The notes under the pieces are model-generated. The model was not told the DNA's origin, ran no database searches, and saw only the letters and a list, made by a program, of their open reading frames with translations. A stretch of 64,000 bases of DNA from Adineta vaga (taxonomy: Eukaryota > Animalia > Rotifera), in NCBI GenBank assembly GCA_021613535.1, contig CP075496.1:9114001-9178000 (forward strand), given 5' to 3'. Within the stretch, counting starts at the first letter, position 1; each line of letters starts with the position of its first letter. Positions 50,918-62,400 of this stretch are shown here, piece by piece. The position numbers and the translations under genes were made by a program.

Positions 50918-53900
50918 ATGAACACTATATTCTTGATTCAAGGTAAAAGAATATTTCAGATTTTTCTACTATTTTCATTTTGGTTGATATTGATGACATG
51001 TCAACTGAACATGTACAATCTCATCGAAGAAACAAATGACAAGAGTAATGCATTAGAATATGATTGTTTGGATTATTATGTTTATCGAGCAAAACTAGCT
51101 TATCAACACTTGTATGATATCACTGTTGATGTTATACCATTTTGTTTTCGTCCAATGCATCGTTTAGCTGATGATCCAATGGATTCATCTGTTCATCCAC
51201 TTGCTCGTCAACTATCATTCGAAACGATCAGTTTGACTGGCATCACTTCTCAGCAACTTTTGTCATGGTCGATTTCGATGAAAATAGCTGAACGTTATCA
51301 AGCTTATTTGAATACGAAAGGTATCGAATCATTGAATGAATACTTCTATAACTGTACTCCTCCATGGTTTGGTGTTCGATGTCAATATTCGTTCGAACCT
51401 CGATACACAAACATCTCGTCATTTAATGAAATCATCGAAGCAACATTTCAACAAAAACAACTCTATTCACCTTCATCGAACACGATGATGCCAGTGTCGA
51501 TGCCATGCTATGATCTGGTTGAATGCCATCAAAATGGAAGGAAGTGGTGTCTTGATTGGCGTGAGATTTGTAATGGAGTTGTGGATTGTTTTGATGAAGG
51601 TATTGATGAAGAAAATTGTTTTGTAATAGAAATGAATGTATGCAGAGATGATGAATATCGATGTCATAATGGAATGTGTATTCCAGAAGATTTGTGGAAT
51701 GATGGTGATGGTGAAGCAGATTGTGTTGATCGATCTGATGAAAAATTAGATGTTTCATATGTGAAGATGTGTTATCAAGATGCATCATTTCGATGTGAAG
51801 AACATTCATGTCGAGCAGATGGAGGTACATTTTCATGTGGTGATGGCGAATGTGTGACAAAATATGAATATTGTCATAGTGGTCGAGATCAGTTATTGAT
51901 TGAATCAATCATGAGACAAGATGATCTTGATGATGAATGTTGGATGATAATGGTTTGTTTGAGTGGAGTTGTCAAGCAAATCAATGGAACATTGTGTGAT
52001 CAATGGCTAATGAATGACGTTGCAAATGAGTATCTTATCCAATGTCCTCTTTTCTTTCAGTTTCCAAGTGTTGCCGTTTACTCGAATCATGTTCGTTTCT
52101 TCTATGAAAATGTTCATTCGCGAAGCGATCAGGAGATGAATTTGTTCCCTAATTATATATGTTATGATGCAGAGTTGTGTGAATTTCGTTCATTTGAAAG
52201 AGTTCGTGGTAACCTAAGTTGTCTGACACAACTCTATAACGACATCGAATGGGACAAGGAAAATCCTTGGAGTGCATTAATGTTGTTGATTGAGCAAACG
52301 TTTCGTCCTTGTTTAGTATCTGGAAGTTTTATTCCAAGTGAAATGACACTTTCAAATCACTCAACAATATATAAATGTTCGAACTCATCAAAATTGATTC
52401 CTATGAGTCGAGTCAAAGATTTTTTAGAAGATTGTGTCGAGGGTGATGATGAAAGTATCACAAATAGTTGTCAGCTTGGCGATCGACATAGAGTCAAATG
52501 TTATGGCGTAAATGATTGTTGGTCATCAATACAGAAAGAAAAAGTCTGTTTACGGAGTAGGAGGCAAAGTCAAAACAATCTCACATTTCTAAGTTTTTGT
52601 GATGGAATTGCTCACCACTCCTACCAAAATCTCAACGGAAAAGAGCGCAACGAAGAAGATGGATGTGAAATGAACAAGGTATGTGATAACATATATGCAC
52701 GCTGCGATGGTTATTGGGCATGTTCAGATGGACGCGATGAATCTAATTGTAGTCAATCATTATGTCCACCAAAACATCATCCATGTATATCGCCAGACAA
52801 TTATACAATGTTTTGCTTACCTCACACACTTGTCAATGATGGACGAGATGATTGTCTCGGAGCAACAGATGAACAAACTGAGTGTCGTGAGGCATACGAT
52901 TCCAATGAAATCTCCCAGAATTTTCGATGTTTGAATGATTCATCATGCTTAAAGTCATCGGAATTATGTGATAAAACTACACATTGTCCATTGCTCAATG
53001 ATGACGAAGCATTTTGTCAAGATTCTCAATTCACATTTACTTGTGAGCAAAATGGATCATATCATCGAAATGAAATCGAACAAATTCTTTGTGGATTAAA
53101 TGAATATGACAAATATCGATACAGATTCTTTACTCTCATTACTTCACCCATTTATCCATCTTCAATCTCATCCCATCTCACCAATGAAATCAATTATCAT
53201 TTACAAGCACAAGAAGAAGAAGAAGAAGAAGAAGAAGAATTTATGATAAAAAAGAATACAACAATGATAGAAGAAGATAATCAATGGACACATGATTGTA
53301 ATCGTGGAATAAAGATTGAGAAATATACAAATAATGGAACATTTTCGAATTGTTTGTGTCCACCCAGTTATTATGGTGATCTATGTGAATATCAAAATCA
53401 ACGTCTTAGTTTATCATTACAATTAAGTTCAATAAATCGATATGAAACATATGGTATTGTTATTTTGTTGATTGATAATGATGAGATTATAATAGAATTT
53501 AATCAACTTCAATATATTGCAAAAGATAGTTGTACAATGAAATTTAATCAATATTTATTATATCCAACAAGACCAAAGAATCTGTCAACGAATTATAGTA
53601 TTCGTATTGATGTTATTGAAAAGAATTGGATGAGTTATATTGGACATTGGTATTTTACAATTCCATTCTTGTTTCTACCTGTTAATCGTATGAGTTTATC
53701 ATTGAATTTATCATCGAATGTAGTGGAAAGAGGAAATCAATGTTCAATGGAATGTTCGAATGGACAAGAATGTGTCAAGTATGTGAATGAAGAGAAATCA
53801 TTTTGTCGATGGATGAAATCGAATTCAGGACATAAATGTTCAAATGATTCGATATTTATTGGAAAGAAAAGAGCAAAGGAATCGATTTGTGTTTGTCCAT

Positions 53901-55633
53901 TGAATGAATATGGATCGAATTGTTTGATCTCATCAAAATGTTCAATAAATCATTGTCAAAATCATGGTCAATGTATTCGCAATGATTTAAATATGTTTCA
54001 TCGGAATTATTCATGTATTTGTCCAAATAAATATTATGGTTTACATTGTGAATATAGAAAATGGGAATTAGATGTTTCAATAGATGAAATAGAGATTCCA
54101 TCTTATTTAATTGCATATTTCTATACAACATCCAATCAATCTCAACCAATTCAAACAATTATTCTTCGAAAATTAACACTTTTTCAACATATTGTTACAT
54201 TTCATATATCCATTCCATTTCATTTAGTTTTTATTCAAATTCAACATGATTTCTATCTTGTTTATCTTCAACATCGATCACAAATGTCAATGTTAACAAG
54301 TCTTAATCCAAAACAAAAATGTCAATCAATCGACAACTATCTCAATTCTACTATTTTACAATTACATCCCTATGAACGAATCACTTATTTTCATAAATTA
54401 TGTTTTTTACATTGGCATTTACAATGTTTTATTGATCAAATGTATTTATGTTTATGTACAAATGATCATCATGCAAATTGTTTAGAATTTTCTGAAAAAT
54501 ATTCTTCATCACAACATCATTTTCAATGTATATCAAATGATAATTATTGTTTAAATCAAGGTGAATGTTATCAAGATCATCCTCAATGTCCATCAACAAA
54601 GATTTGTTTATGTGCCAATTGTTTCTTTGGTCAACAATGTCAACTTTATGCTAAAGGTCTTGGTTCAACATTAGATGAAATTCTTGGCTATGAATTTCGA
54701 CATAACAAAGGATTTTTTTCTCAATCATTTTCGATTCAAATCAGTGCATTAACTACAATGATTATCTTTCTTATTGGAATTATCAATGCTATCTTATCAA
54801 TGATGACATTTTCACAAGCAAAAGTACATGAAGTTGGTTGTGGATTATATTTATTTTCATCATCGATGACATCATTATTAACAATAACATTTTTTACAAT
54901 AAAATTCTGGTTACTTTTTCTTTCTTATCAGAATATATCAAATCTTCGAATGGTTTTAATTCTTAATTGTCGTTGTATTGAAGTTTTATTGAAATTATTT
55001 TTATTTATTGACAATTGGTTGAATGCTTGTGTAGCAATTGAAAGAACATGTTCAGTTATCCAAGGATTATATTTTGATCGAAGTAGAAGTCGAAGAATAG
55101 CAAAAGTGATTGTTCCATTGATATTTTTGTTTAATGTTACACTTCTTATTCCACAAATCATCTTTCTTCATGTTTTTCAAGATGAACTTGAAGAACGAAG
55201 TTGGTGTGTGATTGAATATAAGATTTGGTTGAAGATTTATACGATGGTGATGATATTTATTCATTATTTTATTCCATTTTGTATTCAAATATGTTCAACT
55301 ATTCTAATTATTCTATTTACAGCTCGTCAACGAACAGCATCACAAACAGACAAAACATTTTGGAGTCATTTGAAACGGAAAATTCTAAAATACAAACAAC
55401 TTTTGATTAGTCCAATGATCATTGTTTGTTTAACTTTTCCTCATTTGATTATTTCAATTATTTTAGATTGTAAAAAATCATCGCGATTATTTTCGTTCTA
55501 TTTGATTGGATATTTTTTATCATTTATTCCAGCAGCATGTGTTTTTATCATCTTTGTTTTACCATCTCCACTTTATCGAAAACAATTTCGACAACGTATT
55601 TCACATTTAAGACGACAACTGAGTAGTCGTTAG
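50918..55633 (+). CDS. Giant LDLa-repeat / EGF-repeat / 7TM GPCR, copy B (1571 aa, intronless)
   Basis: Same architecture as copy A, near-identical outside the central ectodomain. Confidence 0.92.
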   Translation: MNTIFLIQGKRIFQIFLLFSFWLILMTCQLNMYNLIEETNDKSNALEYDCLDYYVYRAKLAYQHLYDITVDVIPFCFRPMHRLADDPMDSSVHPLARQLSFETISLTGITSQQLLSWSISMKIAERYQAYLNTKGIESLNEYFYNCTPPWFGVRCQYSFEPRYTNISSFNEIIEATFQQKQLYSPSSNTMMPVSMPCYDLVECHQNGRKWCLDWREICNGVVDCFDEGIDEENCFVIEMNVCRDDEYRCHNGMCIPEDLWNDGDGEADCVDRSDEKLDVSYVKMCYQDASFRCEEHSCRADGGTFSCGDGECVTKYEYCHSGRDQLLIESIMRQDDLDDECWMIMVCLSGVVKQINGTLCDQWLMNDVANEYLIQCPLFFQFPSVAVYSNHVRFFYENVHSRSDQEMNLFPNYICYDAELCEFRSFERVRGNLSCLTQLYNDIEWDKENPWSALMLLIEQTFRPCLVSGSFIPSEMTLSNHSTIYKCSNSSKLIPMSRVKDFLEDCVEGDDESITNSCQLGDRHRVKCYGVNDCWSSIQKEKVCLRSRRQSQNNLTFLSFCDGIAHHSYQNLNGKERNEEDGCEMNKVCDNIYARCDGYWACSDGRDESNCSQSLCPPKHHPCISPDNYTMFCLPHTLVNDGRDDCLGATDEQTECREAYDSNEISQNFRCLNDSSCLKSSELCDKTTHCPLLNDDEAFCQDSQFTFTCEQNGSYHRNEIEQILCGLNEYDKYRYRFFTLITSPIYPSSISSHLTNEINYHLQAQEEEEEEEEEFMIKKNTTMIEEDNQWTHDCNRGIKIEKYTNNGTFSNCLCPPSYYGDLCEYQNQRLSLSLQLSSINRYETYGIVILLIDNDEIIIEFNQLQYIAKDSCTMKFNQYLLYPTRPKNLSTNYSIRIDVIEKNWMSYIGHWYFTIPFLFLPVNRMSLSLNLSSNVVERGNQCSMECSNGQECVKYVNEEKSFCRWMKSNSGHKCSNDSIFIGKKRAKESICVCPLNEYGSNCLISSKCSINHCQNHGQCIRNDLNMFHRNYSCICPNKYYGLHCEYRKWELDVSIDEIEIPSYLIAYFYTTSNQSQPIQTIILRKLTLFQHIVTFHISIPFHLVFIQIQHDFYLVYLQHRSQMSMLTSLNPKQKCQSIDNYLNSTILQLHPYERITYFHKLCFLHWHLQCFIDQMYLCLCTNDHHANCLEFSEKYSSSQHHFQCISNDNYCLNQGECYQDHPQCPSTKICLCANCFFGQQCQLYAKGLGSTLDEILGYEFRHNKGFFSQSFSIQISALTTMIIFLIGIINAILSMMTFSQAKVHEVGCGLYLFSSSMTSLLTITFFTIKFWLLFLSYQNISNLRMVLILNCRCIEVLLKLFLFIDNWLNACVAIERTCSVIQGLYFDRSRSRRIAKVIVPLIFLFNVTLLIPQIIFLHVFQDELEERSWCVIEYKIWLKIYTMVMIFIHYFIPFCIQICSTILIILFTARQRTASQTDKTFWSHLKRKILKYKQLLISPMIIVCLTFPHLIISIILDCKKSSRLFSFYLIGYFLSFIPAACVFIIFVLPSPLYRKQFRQRISHLRRQLSSR
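53213..53239 (+). repeat. (GAA)9 coding microsatellite, poly-Glu in copy B
   Basis: gaa x9; explains the 2-aa length difference from copy A. Confidence 0.9.
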
Positions 55634-56321
55634 ATTTGATGAAGATGTGATATGATAGTAAATATTCGAGACAAAAGTGTGCTTATATGTGAGTGTTTAA
55701 CTGAGAATTGTGCTTTTATATAGATGTTTGAATATTAAAATAAATCGACTATTGTTGTTGCATCATTTTGAAGATTTTAGACGTATAAGCAATGTTTGAG
55801 TGGAGTATTGTGAGAAGGATGAATTATTTGTTTCTCGTGTAGAGCATTGTCTAATTTAAAATGCATTTGGAACAATCCTGCTAAAACCAATATATTGAGC
55901 TTATGAAATGAGTACATTTATAGTAGGACAAAAGTTAAACTTTGAGATAAATTAAGCTGATAACGGTAGTTTCTTCCAATACAAATGTGATTGTCATTAA
56001 ATTCTCCGTGATTGCATCATAGAGATTATGTTATTTATTTCGTCCTATACTGATTCTTATTCGTCAGTATTCGATCTCGATTAGACATAAGACTTTTTCT
56101 AAATATTACATTATCGTCGCATATCCCATCTTGCATAGTTGATATTAATTGTTACTATTGAAAAATACTTCTATATTACGAATACATCAGTTACATTTCT
56201 TCGTATAGACGAATAAAGAACCTATTCTCTGTATGATAAAATATTGTGAATCTATAATTTGTTAGATTATCATGATCTTTTATTATTATTATCATTCATA
56301 GAATGGTGTATCTTGAACTTT

Positions 56322-57452
56322 TTACAGAAGTCCTGCATAGATTTTACCAACATTTGTTAGTTCACTCAGATCGTCCGTAATCATTGCACCATTTGTAATA
56401 CCAGCCATGTTTGCAGCATTCATTGGTCCGAACATAGAGTATCTTGCGACAAAACTTTGTGCATCAAGCCATCGTAAAGCTTGTTTTACAAGATCAGCTG
56501 TAGCTGCACTTGACATTCCAGTAAATTGCCATTCAGTAATCCATAATGGATGAGTTGGATAACGTAAATGAAATTTAGTAATATGTGTTTGGAAATCTAT
56601 TAACGAATTTCCGTACCAATGAAGTGGGATAAAATCGAATGAACACGAAGGTCGCGTACAATTGCTATGAAATTGTTCGAGCCAATTAAGTCCCCATCCA
56701 GAACCGACACCATTCGTCACAGCTGGAGCTCCTAATATTGTACCACATTTTGCTTTTAAAGGTTGAACATATTGTCTCCAGAGAACAGATGCTTCATATG
56801 GTGAAATGTAATCACCTCCATAACTTGCTGGTAAATCAGGTTCATTAAATCCTAGAAAATGTCTTGCATAACAATTGGTAAAATACGCTGGAACTTGTGA
56901 TATTTCCTTCTTGGTTCTAGACATTGATACATATTCAGCAGATGAATAAATACCTTCTCCTCGTGGATCCCATAATTCCCAGTTATATAGCCAAGGTATA
57001 ACGTTAGGTGAGAAGAGTGCAAATGATGATTTAGGATTATTCCATGGCCAACAAAGACCGCGTTTTGTACTATTTGTCGCTGGTAAATCTATCATCTTAG
57101 TATAAACCACAGATAAAGCATTTGCTCCTCCACAAATTTCTGACGAATCACCTGCACAAGGCATTGTACAAGCCGTCGATAGAACAGTCGGTGTTCCCAT
57201 TGAACAATAACATTCATTACCATATTCAGTGCCAGAATAGGGAAAACGCAGAGAACTACAGTATGCGGCACATGTTAAAGGAGTATTAGAACTTGACGTC
57301 GTTGCAGCATCAGACATTATTCGCAAAGTTGGATAGAAATCAGCATAACAGCCAATAGGTGTTAAAGGTGATTCTGAAGCGAAACTGATTGTGACTACAA
57401 TGATTATTAGAATTTCAACGTAGAGACAAGAAACGAGTGTCAACTGTAACAT
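56322..57452 (-). CDS. Secreted WSC-domain plus GH128 beta-1,3-glucanase (Asl1-like), intronless
   Basis: Signal peptide; WSC (GCYAD...CAAYC...GTEYGNECYC...C.MPCAGDSSEICGG); GH128 motifs KRGL, WLYNW, LGFNEPD, PLHWY, WITEW with both catalytic Glu. Confidence 0.9.
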   Translation of the reverse strand: MLQLTLVSCLYVEILIIIVVTISFASESPLTPIGCYADFYPTLRIMSDAATTSSSNTPLTCAAYCSSLRFPYSGTEYGNECYCSMGTPTVLSTACTMPCAGDSSEICGGANALSVVYTKMIDLPATNSTKRGLCWPWNNPKSSFALFSPNVIPWLYNWELWDPRGEGIYSSAEYVSMSRTKKEISQVPAYFTNCYARHFLGFNEPDLPASYGGDYISPYEASVLWRQYVQPLKAKCGTILGAPAVTNGVGSGWGLNWLEQFHSNCTRPSCSFDFIPLHWYGNSLIDFQTHITKFHLRYPTHPLWITEWQFTGMSSAATADLVKQALRWLDAQSFVARYSMFGPMNAANMAGITNGAMITDDLSELTNVGKIYAGLL

Positions 57453-58129
57453 GACTCTAAGATAAGTGCAACACTATACGATTGTTTTTGCCGATAGAAT
57501 CGTCTTGTTTTATCAAAATGAAATAAAAAATAAATATTTCTCATCAATGTGTGATGAAGAACCGAACAGAGAGAAAGAGAATGAAAGACTATTTGACTTA
57601 ATACTATAGTTTGATTTAAAAAACTAGGCTTTGGTAGAATATATAAATGCAAATCGTTTTCTTGTCGTTTCATCTTATTCACGTTCTGTGATAACGAGTC
57701 TTTGGTTCTATAAAAAAAAGAAGAAAATCAAAGAATGTATAAGTATTAGCTGTCTTTGCCATATACAGATGAGTTTTTTGTGATAATTGGAGTAGTTCTG
57801 TCTTATAGATATTGAAAGGATAACAATAGAATTATTCAACGAAAATTTCTGAATTATGAGATAAACCGTTTTAAAATGAAAAATAATCTCATTACGAATA
57901 TGTGAATTTCTTACGTTTTACTCGGTATAACACGTGTTTTTCTTTTTACTCTCTTTACATTCGTATGTTTTAATCAACCGTAACATAAACACTCTGATAT
58001 AAACGTAAGAATCAAAATGAATACTTTTTCTCAACAAAATAAAGAATAGAAAAAATAAGCGATCATTTATTTTTTACTTCCCGTATTCTTATTCAAACGA
58101 CATATTTTACCTACCATCATAACATCAAA

Positions 58130-59436
58130 ATGTATAGACAGCGTGATTATTTATCTCGTTTGGGTATTATTACAGTTATGTTCAATCCTGTTCGATATAG
58201 AACTCGTTATGAACGATATCGACAATTTGCTTATCATATGGCACGTTCTGGTGTCAATTTATTTACTATCGAATGTATTTTTGAATCAGCAACACGATTT
58301 GGTTTACCACCACAACGATTCGAAGTAACACGACCCAATAATCCACAACATTTTCAAGTCATAGCTCCATCAATTCTTTGGATGAAAGAAAATTTGATAA
58401 ATATTGTTGTTCAACAACTACCACCACATATCGACCGCATTGCATGGATTGATGCAGATGTGGAATTTGAAGTAGAATATTTTTTTCTTCATTTTCTTTG
58501 TGCAAAACATCTCTTAGCATTGATTTGTTTGTATTTCTAGCGTCTGGATTGGCCTCAATTGACGATGATTGCACTTGATCGGTATCCGATTGTTCAAATG
58601 TTTAAAACAGCGTATATCACTGGTTCAGGTGGTAAACATGAAATCTTGAAAAGAAACTTTTCAATTGGATATGTTATTCGTCGTAGTAGATTTATTCAAC
58701 AGCATCCTTCTCGTGGATATTTTCAAGCAGGTTCTGCTTGGGCAATGCATCGAAGTGTTTTTAGTGCAATTGGTGGTCTTCTGGATTTTTGTATTGTTGG
58801 TTCAGATGATTTGCATTTTGCTTATGCTCTGTTAGGTCGAATAAGAGAAACATTTCCAAGTAATTTACATCGAGATTATACTAAGATAGCAACTGATTGG
58901 GGTGATCGTGTTGCTCATGTTGCTGGTGGTGGTGTAAATGTTGGATATGTTGATGTGAATGTTTATCATCGAGGGAATGGAAGTCGAAACATTCGAAATC
59001 ATATTGCACGATGGTAAGAGAGAATCTAAAGATTGTATTGTTGAATGTTGGTTTATTTATTATTCATATTGAAAGGTTAATCTTATCTCATTATGACTTT
59101 TCTCCAACAAAAGATCTAACGAGGGATGAACAATCAGGTGTGATTTATTTGATAAACAAACGTCGATCTGATCTACGTTTAGGAGCAAATCGAATTCAAG
59201 AAATGCAACAAGCTATAGTATATTATTTTCTATCTCGTGATGAAGATAATCGGAGAACGATGGGTCAAATATCACGAATGGGTCGTTATGGTGTTACACC
59301 AGTTATCCCTCCACATCGACATCGATCTGCATCTCCATATGCTATGATAAGAAGACCTCAACAACAATTTGTTGCACCGATGATGAATCGAGCACGTATG
59401 GTACCTCGTCGATCTTATCGTCGTGGAGTCTATTAA
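58130..59436 (+). CDS. Putative GT-A-fold glycosyltransferase-like protein with an Arg-rich tail, 3 exons
   Basis: Introns 58472-58540 and 59014-59075 join three ORFs in frame. Motifs FNPVRY, LWMKENLIN, AWIDADVEF (DxD), GSAWA, IVGSDD. Confidence 0.7.
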
Positions 59437-62400
59437 TTTACTGTGGTGATTGCATTATAAGATATTTTAATAATAAAGAGATAATTGACACTATATTCAG
59501 ATCTTGTTTGTTTTTAAAGAATAGCAAGGTAATGGTACTGATTGAAAGATATTGTATTGTTTTGAAAGGTATTTCTGCTCGAAGTGCTCGTTTCCATCGG
59601 TGAAGGGTCGTGGTTTGACTATTTCAGCCATCATTCGTCTTAGCTTTTCAATGCCTAGTTCTTTCGAAATATTCATTACTATCAGTTCCATCAACTTTGG
59701 GAACAGGATAATAGCACATAAATTGCGATGAATATTTATGCATAAGTTAGTTAAAATAGTTTACAATACGATATTGGAAGTTCCTTTGGAAACATCGCTA
59801 GTGTTATGGGTGGCCATGAGTAATAAAGAAATAGTTTTTCTACTTTTGTGCAATCAATTCACAACAAAATAGAGACATGATCTAAACATATAAAGAGATT
59901 ATAATTTTACAAAAAGCAAGAACAATGCATGTTTTGAATAGAGGATTTATATACATTCTGCGGCGGCATTAATGTACGGTATGAGATGTTCCTTTTATTT
60001 GATCTTTTAATCTTCGTATTACTATTTTAAAAAATTGAAGATTTATTGAATATTCTGAGACCGTATTTTATTCAATCTTTCCACGTAGTCAAAACCAAAA
60101 TCAATGATTTTATTACATGAATTTTTCTAAATCTGAACGCAAAGGAAATGTAAAGAGACATTTTCATAGATTCATAATATCATCAGTTATTAAGAAACAA
60201 TACGCGATATAGGTAAGAACTTGATAAATTGATAAAAACGTATCTTTTCACCAAGTTATATTATATTCACTTATCATGCTTTATAGAAAGAGAGAGAGAG
60301 GGAAATTCTTCCAAGTAGCTTTCATAACTGTGAAATTTCCTATTGGAGTGAGATCGTTAGGAAACTGTCATCATACTTGTTACCTAGAATCACATATCAA
60401 TAATGAATATAAGAATACTGTAAAAAATTGAAAACTCTGTAGATACATAATCAGATCACTCTATTAGATTTATTGTCAAAACCAATGCAAAGTTCGACAA
60501 TACTTGCGATTTGGTAGACGATAGACTCCTCTCTCCTCAAATTTTGTTACAAGAATAAACACAATATGGATACATTCATTACTCTATGATCTGGAAGAGT
60601 TAATGAAATTTTAAATAGAAAGTTACGAATATAAATATTCATTGTATATGCATTGCAAAAGAAACTGATATACTCAATTCTTTTACGACGTACTTGTTTC
60701 ACGTAATTACATACCGTACATGTGATGATACGGTCAAGTGGACTTCTTTTTCATTTTTTTTCTTTTCTTTCAGTCGATGTTTACAGTTGGTTCAATGAAC
60801 CATGACTACACACACATGGTTTTTTATTTTTTCCAATACTAGATATGATAAATTTAGTATTACCTCTATGATGTTTTTGAGACTGGCAATATTAAAAAAG
60901 TAAGGAGATATTTTTTGTATTTAATTGATCGTTATTCTTTTTTTCACAGACAATAAGAGCAAAAAAACCTCATTCGAATCTATTCGAAATGTATTTTATA
61001 ATAAATTCATTAACATTGGATCGTAAGAATTACTTGAAATTAAAAAAGAATTAATATAAGAAGATTATTGTAATTATTCAGTATTCAAAAAGGTATATTT
61101 GTTTATTTTCATAAATATCGTTATGTATAGTTAAAGAATAGAACATTTATTATAACAAACAAGATCTCTTATATTTCCTCGATTATAAAATAGAAAGAAA
61201 ATGCTTTATCCGTAGTAAAAAATGTAATGAATTCTTTCAGTTCTAAACACGATGCAAAGAAAAAGATTATTTTTTTCTCTATAGTCTTCTCTTCATTTCA
61301 TATATGCTGTTCTTTTTATTAAGAGGAAGTTGTTAATAACATTGAGCGTTTCATCGACTATGAACGTTAGCACATCAACGAAGAAAGAAAGAAAAATGAA
61401 CGAAAAATATCGTTTCCTATCATATGGCAATTTTTATATAAAAAGAATAACCTTGAATTATTAACATTCCTTTCTTGTTCAACCCTATTCTGTCACGACT
61501 ATAATTAGTCTGTCTTTTGATGCATTTGCTTGAAAAAATTGTGAATAAATAGTAAGGTAAATAAATCATAAAATAAACGTTTCGAAAGAATGATATTTTT
61601 TCACCATGGTCGGTAATATAATATGTTCTTCTTAAATAATGATAGAATTAGATTCGTCACATAATAGGCAAGTTCTTGTCAGATACTCGAAAGGTCTATC
61701 ACAGAAACTCATTTGCTCTTAGTATAAATAGTGCTTTTACCACTAAGTAATACAAAATTTATATTCTTCATAATTAATCGAGACAACATACTTCTTATTC
61801 ATACTCGTTACTTTGATGAAATGTAACATTCTCATTTGTAATTCATTAAATTTAGAATATTTTATTCTAAATTACGTTGTTCTCTTTTTGTAATGAACCA
61901 GTTTTATTGGAATAATAATTCTACGTTTTTCGTATGCGCTCGAACTCTACAATTATTTAAATTTACTATAAACGTCATCATAATGATGGACTGGACTCTG
62001 ATTGATCAGTGATCTGATATATATGTGCCTAAAACTCTTTTCTTATTTTATTGTCAGGATTATTTCTTTTTTTGAGAAAGAAAAAGAAACAGAACGAAAG
62101 ATATTTGGAGGGAAGACGCTCATAGATTTTGTTGGAATCTTGTTCTGTCACATTTTTTTCTCTTTTCTTTGCTCCTTGAGCAACTCTTTCGATACTTTCT
62201 GATGCCAAGTCCGATATTTTTTCTAAGCAAGCATCGCGGTGCTTTACTAAAGAGAGATGAATAAGCCTTTGGAAAACATAAAGAAGAAGAACGCGAGAAA
62301 GATAAAGTATGACATTTTTGTATGAACGTCATGAGTTTCTGTTAGACAAGCAACATAGAAGAAAATTTTTCACATGAAGTGATTCTTTTTGATGATACTA

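Larger units (their letters stand above)
50657..55831 (+). repeat. Right arm of the ~5.2 kb inverted segmental duplication
   Basis: Matches the reverse complement of 25174-30388; incidental antisense ORFs are mirrored in the ORF track as well. Confidence 0.95.
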
